64,000 nt of DNA from Paraspadella gotoi (taxonomy: Eukaryota; Animalia; Chaetognatha). Below the pieces are notes generated by a model. The model was not told the DNA's origin. It made no database searches and saw only the letters and a program-made list of their open reading frames with translations. The DNA lies in contig CM119271.1 of NCBI GenBank assembly GCA_051294375.1, forward strand, positions 6,003,991 through 6,067,990, given 5' to 3'. Shown here one piece after another: positions 28,596 through 42,660 of the stretch (the stretch's first letter is position 1; every line of letters starts with the position of its first letter). Both the position numbers and the translations under genes were made by a program.

Positions 28596-29092
28596 NNNNN
28601 NNNNNNNNNNNNNNNNNNNNNNNNNNNNNNNNNNNNNNNNNNNNNNNNNNNNNNNNNNNNNNNNNNNNNNNNNNNNNNNNNNNNNNNNNNNNNNNNNNNN
28701 NNNNNNNNNNNNNNNNNNNNNNNNNNNNNNNNNNNNNNNNNNNNNNNNNNNNNNNNNNNNNNNNNNNNNNNNNNNNNNNNNNNNNNNNNNNNNNNNNNNN
28801 NNNNNNNNNNNNNNNNNNNNNNNNNNNNNNNNNNNNNNNNNNNNNNNNNNNNNNNNNNNNNNNNNNNNNNNNNNNNNNNNNNNNNNNNNNNNNNNNNNNN
28901 NNNNNNNNNNNNNNNNNNNNNNNNNNNNNNNNNNNNNNNNNNNNNNNNNNNNNNNNNNNNNNNNNNNNNNNNNNNNNNNNNNNNNNNNNNNNNNNNNNNN
29001 NNNNNNNNNNNNNNNNNNNNNNNNNNNNNNNNNNNNNNNNNNNNNNNNNNNNNNNNNNNNNNNNNNNNNNNNNNNNNNNNNNNNNNNNNNNN
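28596..29092. other. Assembly gap (497 N); other gaps at 15682-15706, 32021-32030, 32263-32287, 42686-42710
   Basis: Runs of n in the sequence. Confidence 1.
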
Positions 29093-29123
<31 letters not shown>

Positions 29124-31338
29124 TTGGGAGAGATTAAATTGGTCACGGTAAACATGGCTGGATTGGTTGGGTTAAAAAAAAAATAGATGTAGAAATAAAA
29201 AAACGTGAGTCGTAGTTTTTCAGAGTAATCATTGAAGAAAGGACCTTAGCTTATATTTGAATTGCTTTCATCCTTTGCTTGCCGTAAAAAAAAATTAGGA
29301 ATGTTATTCTTAAAGTTTTATTTCTATTAATGTAAAATAAATAAAATAAAATAAAATCAATAAATAAAATAAATAAAACGGATTCTATTTTAAATCTGAG
29401 GTGTAATCTCTCTCTGTTTTTCTAACACTCTCTTTCTCTCTCTCTCTCTTTGACTGCCTGGTTGACCCAGACGAAACTATGAGGGTTCGTCGTCAACATT
29501 AATTAAAATAATCCGGCGCCGTTGTTGTTGCTGTTGTCGTTGTTGTTTTCTCGTCCTCGTCGTTTATCAAAAAAATTCGTTGATCTTCGCCGTCGAGTCA
29601 TCGTCGATCGTTAAAACTGAAAAGACGACAGATTTTAGTTTTTTTGTTCTTCATTTTTTAAATCCTTTCTTATTCATCTCTCCCTCTCTCTCTCTCTCTC
29701 TCCCCCTCTCTTCCTCTCTCCCTTCATCTCTTCATAGTGCCGTATTTCTTTAAAGAACGTTTTTATCATTTATCTTTAGACTTTACTTGACGTGTCTTTA
29801 ATTTTCTCTCTCTCAAAAAAAAAAATCCTTAAACCAAACATTCTATACATACATTTCTTTCTCCTTTCTTTTTAAATCCAGCCTCCTCCTTTAAACGTGA
29901 AAAAACGTCCTCTCCATCGAAGGGATGGCATCACCCTCAGAAAAATGTCGCAAATTGGATGGCAAATTGGATGGCATCACTCTCAGAAAAATGTCACAAA
30001 TTAAAACGAGTTTACTGATTCTAACATCTCTGTGTCTTTTACTTCTTTTTTTAATTTTTTAAGTCTTTTACAGTATAAATCTAAGTTTTGAAGAGACAGT
30101 AATTATTGTTATATGTTAGTGACAGTCCCTGAGCTTCGGATCAGCCTGTAACACCGTGTTACAGGCCTGTTAGGCGCCCCGTCCCTCTTAACTGCGGGCT
30201 AGAACCCTGGACCTTTGTGTTGTGTTGACGAATGATTTGCCTCCGGCACCAATGGCCACTGATGAACGGTTAGTGGATTTTAGTCCACCAGTTTCTTGAA
30301 ATTCTGCATGATGCATTTTACAACAAAATTCTTTCAAGAGTTTTTTTATTTTTTCTTTTTGTTGCAAAAAATAAAACAAAAAAGAAAATGAACTGAACTT
30401 CGTCTCTTTAATAACTGCTCACAATGTATGGTTTTCCAAGGTTATATTTTCTTAGTCAGTTAAAAGGTTTTCCAAAATATTATTTAAAAAAAATGAAACA
30501 AACCAGAAACTCAGTCTTAACTTTTTTTTTTCACTGTAGAACAAAGAATTTCATTGTGAATCGTCATTCGAAAAATTCGTGAGTCTAAATTGAAAAGGAA
30601 GTGAAATCCGGAGGATGAGAAGAAAACGCCCGAATCTTCTTTGTACAGGCGATTCAAAAAAAAAGAGTGAAAGGATACATAAAATGCATATTGCATACTG
30701 CAAATAATACACAGATAATGCCAATATGGCGCCCGAGAAAGCGGTGGATCTCACTTGTTGACGTTACAGATCAATGATATTAACTGTCGCGGTTTAACAC
30801 GCACTGTCACGCTTCGCCAACAAAGCCGGAGACCTCCGGGAATAAACCCGGAACTCTCAAATAGTGGGTTAGACTACCGGTTTGTGGCGATTCCGTGGCC
30901 AATGGAAAAAGTCATTTTCCCTCCCATGACTGTTGAGCATGTCAAGGTGGCCAGCTCGCCGTGATTATAAACTGTTATTTAACTATGTAAAAAATGCATC
31001 ATGTTGATTTCGTCGATTGCTCTCTGAATCGCCGGATCGGTCTACAGTCGGCATGCTGACTTCCTTCAGATGCCCTTGCCGCTCGGAGGTCAGACCGACG
31101 CTTTCGAAAAGGGCGTCGCGAAAATTGAGCTGTTGTATGTCATAAAAAAATTGACTTGTATGTAAGAATATTGAATTTTTTAAAAAAACTTTTATTTGTC
31201 TTTTTTTTAACGTTTTCGACTTTGAAGGAATAAAAATGTTTGGTTCGGTTTTTTGATCGCGCGCGATCGCTCGCATTGAGAACGATGAGCGAAGTGAGAG
31301 AAGAATACGAGAGAGAGATAGACAAGAGAGAGATTTAA

Positions 31339-31371
<33 letters not shown>

Positions 31372-33095
31372 GAGAGCAGAGAGAGATCGGTGAGCGGTCT
31401 TAAACGAGGCCTACCATTTTTACGTAGCCTCAGGCAAAAATTCATCATCGCTGTATCATTACATTTTCCCCTCCTCCTCATTCTCCTCCATCTTGGCTAC
31501 CAAAACCTTTTTTTCTTGTTTTTGTGTAATTTTGTATTTTTGTTTTTTTTATTTTTTTGAGGAGAAAATTATTTTTTGTACCAACACCGATTTCATAATC
31601 TAATTTTTTTGAGGCCCGGTAAACGGCGATTCATGGGCTCCTACCGCCGTCCCGCCCCAAATCCTACAGGGTGTATTCAAAGTGTTACCAAAAGTATGAA
31701 TAGTGAAAAGTACGTATTTTCTGAAAAAAAACTTTTTTTCTTAACTATGTAATGATAAAAAGAAATATCCTCTTCAAATAACTTTTCTGAGAAATATAAA
31801 TTAAATTATTCCATCAAACATATATTGAATTAAATTAAAATTATTTCAATTTCATTTATAGTTTTTTTTTATTCAATTTTTATTCAAGCCTATGTGTACA
31901 AAATGTACAAATGTGTGCACATACACATAGTTTCTCTGACTCACGTCTCAAATTAAATGTCTTAAATTGTCTCACTCCCCTTCCTTAGAAATCAACTCTA
32001 TCTCTCCCTCACTTCTCCCTNNNNNNNNNNTTTATTCAAGCCTATGTGTACAAACTGTACAAATGAGTACACATAGCTTCTCTGACTCACGTCTCAAATT
32101 AAATGTCTTATATTGTTTCACTCCCTTTCCCTAGAAATCAAATCTATCTCTCCCTCTCTTCTCCCTCTTTCCTTTATCCTCGTTCTCAGATAACGGAAAC
32201 AGATAAACTCGAATTATTCCCCTGAGTTCGATTGTAAAAAATCGTAATCTGAAATAATAAAGNNNNNNNNNNNNNNNNNNNNNNNNNCAAAACTGAAACA
32301 ACGCTTTTGTCCATCAAGGCAATAAATGTTTCTTGTTGATAGTGAAGTTCATTTCTTTCTTTTAATTCTGCTTTATTATTTCAGATTACGATTTTTTACA
32401 ATCGAACTCAAGGGAATAATTCGAGTTTATCTGTTTCCGTTATCTGAGAACGAGGATAAAGGAAAGAGGGAGAAGTGAGGGAGAGATAGAGTTGATTTTC
32501 TAAGGAAGGGGAGTGAGACAATTTAAGACATTTAATTTGAGACGTGAGTCAGAGACAACTATGTGTAACACATTTGTACATTTGTACACATAGGCTTGAA
32601 TAAAAAAAATAAAGATAAATGAAATTGAAATAATTTTAATTTAATTAATTCAATATATGTTTGATGAAATGTTTAATTTATATTTCTCAGAAAAGTTTTA
32701 TCGACTACTGAGTATTCTTAAGTACATATTTAAGTGACAAAGAAGTTTTTTTTCAGAAAAATAACGTACTTTTCCAATTCATACTTTTTGTAACACTTTG
32801 AATACACCCTGTAGGATTTGGGGTGGGACGGCGGTAGGAGCCCATGAATCGCCGTTTACCGGGCCTCAAAAAAATTAGATTATGAAATCGGTGTTGGTAC
32901 AAAAAATAATTTTTCTCCTCAAAAAAATAAAAAAAAAAAAAATACAAAATTACACAAAAACAAGAAAAAAAGGTTTTGGTAGCCAAGATGGAGGAGACAT
33001 GAGGAGGAGGGGAAAATGTAATGATACAGCGATGATGAATTTTTGCCTGAGGCTACGTAAAAATGGTAGTGCCTCGTTTAAGACCGCTCACCGAT

Positions 33096-33165
<70 letters not shown>

Positions 33166-35111
33166 ATCTCTCTCTCACTTCCTCATCCGTTCTCCAATGC
33201 GAATTCAATGCGAGCGATCGCGCGGCGATCAAAAAAACCGAACCAAACATTTTTATTCCTTCAAAGTCGAAAGTTAAAAAAAAGACAAATAAAAGTAAAA
33301 AATTCAATATTCTAACATACAAGTCAATTTTTTTATGACATACAACAGCTCAATTTTCGCGACGCCCTTTTCGAAAGCGTCGGTCTGACTCCGAGCGGCA
33401 AGGGCATCTGAAGGAAGTCAGCATGCCGACTGTAGACCGATCCGGCGATTCAGAGAGCAATCGACGAAATCTACAACATGTACTAATGCAAATTTTTTAC
33501 ATATTTAAAATAATAGTTTATAATCACGGCGAGCTGGCCATCTTGACATGCTCAACAGTCATGGGAGGGAAAATGACTTTTTCCATTGGCCACAGAATCG
33601 CCACAAACCGGTAGTCTAACCCACTATTTGAAAGAGTTCCGGGTTTATTCCCGAGAGGTCTCCCGCTTTGTTGGCCAAGCCTGACAGTGCGTGTTAACCG
33701 CGACAGTTAATATCATTGATCTGTAACGTCAACAAGTGAGATCCACGCTTTCTCGGGCGCCATATTGGCATTATCTGTGTATTCTTTGCAGTATGCAATA
33801 TGCATTTTATGTATCCTTTCACTCTTTTTTTGAATCGCCTGTTACAAAGAAGATTCGGGCGTTTTCTTCTCATCCTCCGGATTTCACTTCGTTTTCAATT
33901 TAGACTCACGAATTTTTTCGAAATGACGATTCACAATGAAATTCTTTGTTCTACAGTGAAAAAAAAAGCTTAAGACTGAGTTTCTGGTTTGTTTCATTTT
34001 TTTAAATTAATATTTTGGAAAACCTTTTTAAACTGACTAAGAAAATATAACCTTGGAAAACCATACATTGTGGCAGTTATTAAAGAGACGAAGTTCAGTT
34101 CATTTTCTTTTTTGTTTATTTTTTGCTTTGAAAGAATTTTGTTGTAAAACGCATTATGCAGAATTTTAAGAAACTTTAGATTAGATACTGTAAAAGACTT
34201 AAAAGATAAAAAAAGAAGTAAAAGACACAGAGATGTTAGAATCAGTAAACTCGTTTTAATTTGCGACATTTTTCTGAGAGTATCATAATTGCATCCATTC
34301 ACATTCGAATGAGAGAGAGGACATTTTTTCACGTTTAAAGGAGGAGGCTGGATTTAAAAAGAAAGGAGAAAGAAATGTATGTATAGGAATGTTTGGTTTA
34401 AGGATTTTTTTTTTTGAGAGAGAGAGAAGATTGAAAGACACGTCAAGTAAAGTCTAAAGATAAATGATAAAAGCGTTCTTTAAAGAAATACGGCACTTTG
34501 AAGAGATGCAGGGAGAGAGAGAAGAGAGGGGGTAGAGAGGGAGAGAGCAGCAGAGAACAGAAGAGATGAATAAGACAGGATTTAAAAAAATCCGTCGTCT
34601 TTTTCAGCTTTAACGATCGACGATGACTCGACGAGCGAAAGATCAACGAATTTTTTTGATAAACGACGAGGACGAGAAAACAACAACGACAACAGCAACA
34701 ACACGGCGCCGGATTATTTTAATTAATGTTGACGACGAACCCTCATAGTTTCGTCTGGATCAACCAGGCAGTCAAAGAGAGAGAGAGAGAAAAAGAGAGT
34801 GTTAGAAAAACAGAGGAGATTACACCTCAGATTTAAAATAGAATCCGTTTTATTTATTTTATTATTGATTTTTATTTTATTTTATTTATTTTACATTAAT
34901 AGAAATAAAACTTTAAGAATAACATTACTACTACTATTTTTTTTTTACGCAAGCAAGGATGAAGCAATTCAAGATATAAGCTAAGGTCCTTTCTTCAATG
35001 ATTACTCTGAAAAACTACGACTCACGTTTTTTTATTTCTACATCTATTTTTTTTTTAACCGGGCAGCACCAATCCAGCCATGTTTACCGTGACCAATTTA
35101 ATCTCTCCCAA

Positions 35112-35140
<29 letters not shown>
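29093..35140. repeat. Inverted duplication with ~3 kb arms centred on the gaps at 32021-32287
   Basis: atgcttgggagagattaaattggtcacgg at ~29120 is the reverse complement of ~35085-35115, and homology continues to the centre; arms differ by substitutions and indels. Confidence 0.95.
30089..30290 (-). mobile_element. Solo LTR of the 25762 family with degenerate twister (30123-30195)
   Basis: TGAAGAGACAG...TAGTCCACCA flanked by GTTT on both sides; absent from the other arm (empty site at 34171-34174). Confidence 0.9.
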
Positions 35141-35155
<15 letters not shown>

Positions 35156-35364
35156 CCTCCTCTCTTCCCTCTCTCTCTCTCTCTCTCTTCTTCTTCTTTT
35201 TTTTTTTTCCGTTCTCATTTTTTCTTTTTCGACCCGGTTTTTTCTTCTTCTGTCTCTCTCCCTCTCTCTCACTTTATCTCTCTCGGTCTCTCTCTCTTCT
35301 CTCTCATACTTTTTTCTCCGTTCTCCTTTTTCATTTCCCCCCGGTTTTTTTTTCTTCTTCTTCT

Positions 35365-35395
<31 letters not shown>

Positions 35396-35405
35396 GTCTC
35401 TCTCA

Positions 35406-35436
<31 letters not shown>

Positions 35437-38400
35437 CTCTCTCTCTAATTTTACAGTTTTCTCACTCTTTTTTTTCCCGTAACGACGACGACGACGTACA
35501 TGACAAGTTAACCTTTTATAAAGTTGTCGTTGTACAATGAAGTAGGAAACAAAATTGTTTTGATTATCACCTTTTAAAATTATTATGCTTTTTGTCTCTC
35601 TCCAACCCCAGTATCATTTTGGAAAACAACAGCCATAGATTTTCACAAATGAGAAAAACCTGGTATAGAAAAACCTAATGTATCTGCTATAGCATTTAAA
35701 TACTTTTTGTAACAAAATTAAATCCAAGCCTTGAGAAAAAGAGAGATTGAAAGAGTGATATTCCGCATTTCCAAACGACTTTCAGGTGTGGGATGTTAAA
35801 CTAACACTCACTCTCAGTGACTGAAACGAATGTGAAAAAAAAAAAATTTTCTTGAGAGAATTTTTTTTCCTCTCTCTTTTCTGTCCGCGATAAATCATTC
35901 ACAAGGGGGGAAAATGAGCGAGTTTGTATAAACAGAAAAAGAAAAGCTTTTTTTTCCCTCGATTTAAGCACAAATATAGAAGAAAAAAAAATACTAGTTA
36001 GTTTTAAACAAATTTTTGTAACAAAAATTTTAAGCGGTCACCAACTCTCGATTTGAAAAGAGGAGAAAATTTAAAAACCGAATGACGAATTAAGGAATAA
36101 TTAAAATAATAATAATAATAATAATTAAAATAGTTAAAATCTTCCCATCCCCCCCCCCAAAAAAAACCTCGAGACTCGAATTTGTTTTTCTGTTTTGTTT
36201 GAGAAGAAACAGAAGCCGGCGAAAATTCAAAGATGAGGTTTTCTGGGCGATCGAGTGTATCGCATCTCCAAACAATGCATGAGTAACGGGCGACGGCCTT
36301 CGAAGGCGGAACGACCCGAAGAGAAAATTCGAGCAACGCCCTCAAAAACTGAAAAATCATTCAAAACTCGATACTTTCAATGATAATAAAAAAAAAGCAT
36401 TGCCTTGGTAAAGTTATAGCAACGATCATAAAATCGCTACAATTAAAATAAAAATTATCCGTTGATTCGAACCAAATTGATTGGGCTATGGTGGGTAATT
36501 GCCTAAGTCTCTAGCAAGAAAACAGCATGGCAAAACCCTAAAAACTAAAGTTAATAATAGGTTAAATACGTATTAGTGAATGATTCCGACAGTCAAATTC
36601 GTTTCTTTACAGTTGCGACATGCAACTTCAAGCTTGAATAACAGGCTTTGCAATCGTAAAAAAACTTTTCCTCATTTGAAAAAAAGACTGTTTCGCAGAA
36701 AATACCAAATATTTTTAGTTTGCCACACTGCATGTAAAAAAAACTATCTTATCAATACTTCGTATCAACGACCGAATTAAAAAAAAAGAAAGAAAAAAAA
36801 AAAGAAAAGAAAAAAAGCGTTCGATCGTCCATTATGGGATCGACGATCGCGGGGCGTCGTCGTCGTCGTCGGTTTCTTCCGCCACATTTTCGTCGTCTTT
36901 ATCGTCGTCGGTTTTGGCTCCCGAATCAATTTCCCGGTGATTAATTCGAAGGGGGGGGCGGGGGGCGGGTGAGTGAAAGAAAGGAGGCGGGAGAAGATGA
37001 GGTGGCGACGCGAGATTACTTCGGAGGAGATGAGGCGGAAGCGAGGATGGGTCGACCTTTTTTTTCTAAATGGGTGAGTCTGACCCCGAAGGCGAAGGGA
37101 CTGTGAGCGAAGATCGTCTATTGGGCGCCCGGCCGAGAATGGGAGGGGAGCAATCTCCGCCCCGGTGCGGAGTGGGAGGGGGGCAATCGGGGCAATCGGG
37201 CAATCGGGCTCTCCTGGCGGGAGAGAGAGCGTGAAGAGACGGTCGTAAAGATCTCGCAAGGAAAGGCGAAAATCTTTGGTCTTGGATTAAAAAGTAAAAA
37301 CAACGAAACTTATGTTTTCTTCGAAATAAGAAACAAAAAACATACGTACTATATATCTGAACGTTGTATGTAAATAGTTAGTAGTTTATTGATACTTAAT
37401 TCAGATTTTTTAGAGTTTGGTGAGTTTTATGTACTTTGCTGGTTAATACAACTACAGTTTGTTCCATTATCAAATTTACTAGCGAGGAAAAATATAGTAA
37501 GCTACAAGGTCAACAATACTATTATTAGTATTAATACTATCAACTATTACGACAAAAGGAGCCATGATACAATGGGACCAACAAGCCACAGTGAGTAATG
37601 TTTAAATCGCTCATGTTTTTTTCAAAACATATAGTGAACAATAAAAGTACTTCAATATTAAACGATAAAGAGCGAGAGGTCAGAAACTAGAAATAAGGAA
37701 AAAAAATGGCGAAACAGGAAAATAAAGGAGAAATAAAGGAAGGCGGAGAAAAAGGGGGGAGAAAAATAAACGGGGGGGAAATGTAAATTTTTTTTAAACG
37801 AAACTGAGCGATGAAGCGAAATCGAGAAAGTAAGATGGAAAAACGCGCGAAAAATCGATGACCGAAGCAAAAAAAAAAAAAAAAAAAAAAAAACGAGATA
37901 AGATTTACGTATTTTCGTTACGTTGTTTTTTTAATTTTATAGCAATTAGACAATTTTTTTAAAATATGTTTTTCTTGCTTACCTCTTACCCGCGATGCTG
38001 ATGTTTTTTAAAACTTGTAACGTTGTAAAAACAGTAAAATTACAAAAACAGAATTTGTTTCTCGCTCATGTACTCTCTGCATGTGTGTGTGTGTGTCACT
38101 CTTTCTCTTTCTCTCCTTTTTTTCTCTCTTTTTTTTTTTTTTTTCTAAACGGCCAAATTTCTCAAATGAAACGTAAATAATAAATTTTTATTCTTTCTAA
38201 ATTATTAAACAAAAAGAGTGAATGAAATTCCTCAATGAAAAAAAAAGAAAAAGAAAAAAAAAAACAAAGAAAATAAAACAAAAGAAAAACGTTTCATTTT
38301 AATTCAAAGCCTGATATTTTACGGATGAGTAATTTCGATAAAAAATCGTATTGTAGAAGGCATTTCATTTAGGTTTACATGAAATTTTAGTGCCTCACGG

Positions 38401-38919
38401 ATAAGACAAATTTATTTATTAAGCGGTTTGCGTCCGCCTTAGCATTGGCCACTGCACGATGGGGCGCCAAAACGAGGCGGGTCAAGAGAACCTTTATGAA
38501 CCAATTAGAAAAGATTCACAGGTTCTCTCTTTTTGAAATGCAATAAGTTAACAGTAAGGAGATCACCAGGCCATCAGGGCGGTTAGGCGTCAAACCAGTT
38601 ATTTGCCACAACCGGAGACAATAAAAATCGCTCTGTGAAATAGTAAAGATCGAAAATGACATCGTGTTTTGCCTTTCGGAAAAATATTTATCAGGACGAG
38701 GACGAAGAAGTCACGTCGTTCGACGAGCCTGAAAATTTTTGCTCGTTTAAATAATTAATTAATCGACCCACCCCCCGCATGTATTCGTATAGTTCTATTG
38801 ATAAGTTACACTCGTCGAAACATCAATTAATAGTGAGATATTAGTAAGATTAAAGGAAAATGCAGAGTTTAGAACTGTGAAGAAATAAATGTTAAAAGTC
38901 GAAGGCGCTTGTTTTTTCA

Positions 38920-40135
38920 TTTATGTTTCATATTTATCGTGCCGTCGACAGGTTTAGTTATTGCCCCCAAAAATCATTATGTATGTAACTCTCTTATGTT
39001 TCCCTGCTGTTTTTATAGCAAAAAGGTTTTCGAACCTTCGCGTAAAACGCACAAATTCAGAAATGCAGCGCCCGCGTAATCGACAAATTAAGAGAAATTT
39101 TAAATCGTTACAAAAAATTTTAAAAACTAATATTTTCAAGTATCCTAAAATTGTCAATGCGACGAGGGATATTGCTACCCAGATATGAAACGCCATTCGA
39201 TTCTTGAATATGTTTCATATTTATCGTGCCGTCGACAGGTTTAGTTATTGCCCAAAAAAATTTATTATGTATGTAACTCTCTTTATGTTCCCTTGCTGTT
39301 TTTATAGCAAAAAGGTTTTCGAACCTCGCATAAAACGCACAAATTCAGAAATGCAGCACCCGCCGGAATCGAACGATTAAAAGAGATTTTAAATTGTTTC
39401 AAAAAATTTTAAAAACTAATATTTCAAGTATCCTAAAATTGTCAATGCGACAAGGGATATTGCTACCCAGATATGAAACGCCATTCCGATTCTTGAATAT
39501 GTTTCATATTTATCGTGCCGTCGACAGGTTTAGTTATTGTCCAAAAAATTCATTATGTATGTAACTCTCTTATGTTTCCTTGCTGTTTTTATAGCAAAAA
39601 GGTTTTCGAACCTTCGCGTAAAACGCACAAATTCAAAAGCAGCGCCGCGGAATCGACGAATTAAAAGAGATTTTAAATTGTTTCAAAAAATTTTAAAAAC
39701 TAATATTTTCAAGTATCCTAAAATTGTCAATGCGACGAGTGATAGTGCTACCCAGATATGAACGGCATTCGCTACCTGAGGTGCTTATAACCATTTCCAT
39801 TCTTGAATATGTTTCATATTTATCGTGCCGTTGACAGGTTTGTTATTGCCCAGAAAAGTTCATATGTATGAATTGGTACAACCAATATAAAAATTATATG
39901 TATGTAACTCTCTTATGTTTCACGGCTGTTTTTAAAGCAAAAGGTTTTTGAACCTTCGCGTAATCGACGAATCGACGAATCAATAGAAATTTGAAATCGT
40001 TTTAAAAAATGTAAAAAAACTAATATTTACAAGTATCCTAAAATTGTCAATGCGACGAGTGATATTGCTACCCAGATATGAAACGACATTCGCCGCCTTG
40101 AGGTGCTTTTAAAACCATTTCCAGATTCTTGAATT
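38920..40135. repeat. ~290 bp tandem repeat, about 4 units
   Basis: tatgtttcatatttatcgtgccgtcgacaggtttagttattg recurs every ~290 bp. Confidence 0.93.
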
Positions 40136-40857
40136 GCCGAAGGCCGATCGCCGCCATAAACGTCAAAGATCATTCAACCAGATGACGGGATAAGTTAGTT
40201 TATTTTACTTTTATTTTTTTAAATTGTTCTTTCGGTTTTTCCCACAACTAAACTCACCGTTTTCCTATTTTACTTTTATCATTTAGTCTTATTTGTTTGT
40301 TTATTTTTCATCGATTATATCAAAATCTCGATCATTTGTTGCTTTTTTTAATTGTTTTATTATTTTTTTTTTTCGCTTTATACGTAGTCGACGTTATGTC
40401 CTATTATCTCACAGTCGGAATCTCTCGAGAAAAAAAAAACCTTCAAACATGTCGTTTCCCTTTTTTTCGCGCTCTCCAAAGCCGAGGAATATCGATCGAG
40501 GCGCCCTCTCCTAACCGCAGCCTCACACCTCGACGCGAAGACGATCTGGTCGCTGCGCCGTCACGTTTTGGTCGAAATTTATCAGGGAGTGCGAATTCAT
40601 GTAACGCTGAGGGCTGAGCCATTACTATTATAAGACAAAGATAATAATTGAAATGAAAAAAACGGTAACAACATCTGTTTTACTTGACTGATAAAAAAAA
40701 CTACAACTCATCGCATTACATAAAATTTACATTATCCTATATCTTCATCTAAATTCTCATACAGTAAGGCTTCGCAAAGCATGCACACTCGTTTCTGGTA
40801 ATGCGCTTGCCACACCAAAACACTCTGGCTTCCACTTTCTAATCTCCACGCCAAGAT

Positions 40858-42660
40858 TCAATTGGTGTTGAGCATAAGACACACCCTTGCAGGATCCAAT
40901 GGCTGGAGTGTTCGGTCTAAAGAGGTCGGCTTCGAAAACGAGACCGACTCCCATAGCGTTTCGTCGGTCGGAAGTGGTGTAGACCGGAGTACGAAGAGTG
41001 TTCTGTAGGAAAAGAGAAAATGAGTACCTTTGTTATATTCTGATTAACTCTACTTAGTACTTAATACAAGGGAAATACTTTTTTTTTGACTGTTCGGTAT
41101 TTGATAAGATAAGATATGCGTTTTTTTTCGTTCACAACAAATTTTTTGAAAAAGAACATTCAATATTCCATTACACACACAAAAAATAATTGCATTAATT
41201 GATTTTTTTACAATTCAAAACAATGTAAATAATAAAATTAACGAAGCATAGGTAACCCCAGCCCCCCCAAAAAAATTGAGTTAACTACGTATAATCAGCT
41301 AAATGACTAAATTTTATAACGCAATTTAATTTAGTACAACTGAAACATCGTCACAATTCTCACCTTCTTCTCACTTTTATTATTACTATTTTCGTCTTCT
41401 ACACCACTTCAGAGATAGGGAGGCCAAGTACTCTGGGAGTGAATACACGAGACTGTGAGAGAGTCTCGATTGAAAGCTTGCAGTATCCTGCTATGTTATT
41501 ATTCTGTAAGAGTGATGTCCGAAGTCACGGAAAATATTTATAGAAGATTTATTGAATGAATGAATAATTTTATATTTCAATTTCATAATAAGAAATACAT
41601 GAGTCTTCCATTTTTAAATATCATAAGTCGGAAAATCATATGTCATATATCATATGTCACTTTGCTGTCATTTGACTATAAAATAATATAATAAATATAT
41701 TAAATAATCAATCGTGCGCATCAGAGACCTTTTATATGTATTATTATGTTGTGTCATTGAATCTTTCATTGAAATGGCTAAATTTAGTATTCTTCAAATA
41801 AGAATTTAAAATTTTTTTATCTTAATTTTATTCAAAATCCGTGCAAAACAAAGCACCTGCAATTTGAGACGATGACTTCGATCGGAATGACTCTTGAGGA
41901 TGGGCAGCTCCTTTATCAGCTCCTTGGGTAGGGATCTCTCCAACCCCCCAATCGCGTAGTTCCATCCTGCGCCTTCCAAGTAGAGTCCGCGACGTATGAC
42001 CTAATAGAAAAAATATGAGTGTGATTAATCGCTTAAAGATTCTCGTAAAAGGGCTGAAATAAGGAATAAGGTTTTTTCAAAATAATTTAGAAAAAACATG
42101 TCGTTATTATTGTTTCAAATAAATCGTTGTTGAATTCATTTCAAACTTTTCTCTTAAATCTCAACCGCAACGAAACGAAGGATTATAATGTCTACAAAAT
42201 AATTATTCTGAACGGAGTCATTTAAAGTGTTTACAATTTTAAAGAAGGGACATGTTTTTAAGAAAAAAAATTGTTCAGTAAAAAAGTAACATTAATCCAA
42301 ACGCAGTATTTTACACAAATATGCAAATGAGATTTAGGGGACATAAGTGAGGCTGATGTTATAACATTATGATAAGACTGTGGAGTACGATGTTATGTAA
42401 AGTTGTGTGAGAGTTAGCAGGGGACGAGCGCCGTGTGATAGATCGCACGTCAAAATTTCACGAGTACCCGAGCTGGCGATCGTTCTTGAATCTCATCCGC
42501 CGTCGAGAACTGCGGTCCGGAAGTGGTACAGTCCGTCGACTGTGGAGAGCGCAATCCGGTCGTCGACGAGTCATGCTGTGGAGGGTGATGGGGGAGGGTT
42601 GCGCGAAGCGCTGTCTCGGAGACGCAGGCTCGTGTGCTGTGGAGCGCGTGCGTAATCCGA
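40858..42660 (-). pseudogene. DNAH10: Duplicate of the last three DNAH10 exons (probably redundant assembly)
   Basis: Contains [22 protein letters not shown] and GLYLEGAGW-type sequence with frameshifts; 42466-42660 is highly degraded. Confidence 0.6.

Noticed and set aside
28547-29186. Long ORFs of X residues
   Set aside because: Span the N gap.
30755-31140. Possible exons inside the inverted duplication
   Set aside because: No consistent frame between the two arms and no recognisable protein.
36830-37270. GC-rich island with ATGG|gtgagt near 37070, possible promoter or first exon
   Set aside because: No downstream exons could be linked to it.
38390-38612. GC-richer island starting TGTGGC on the minus strand with GCCTAACCGCC
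   Set aside because: No TSD, no B box and no UCCNNAGC loop, so not assigned to the twister family.
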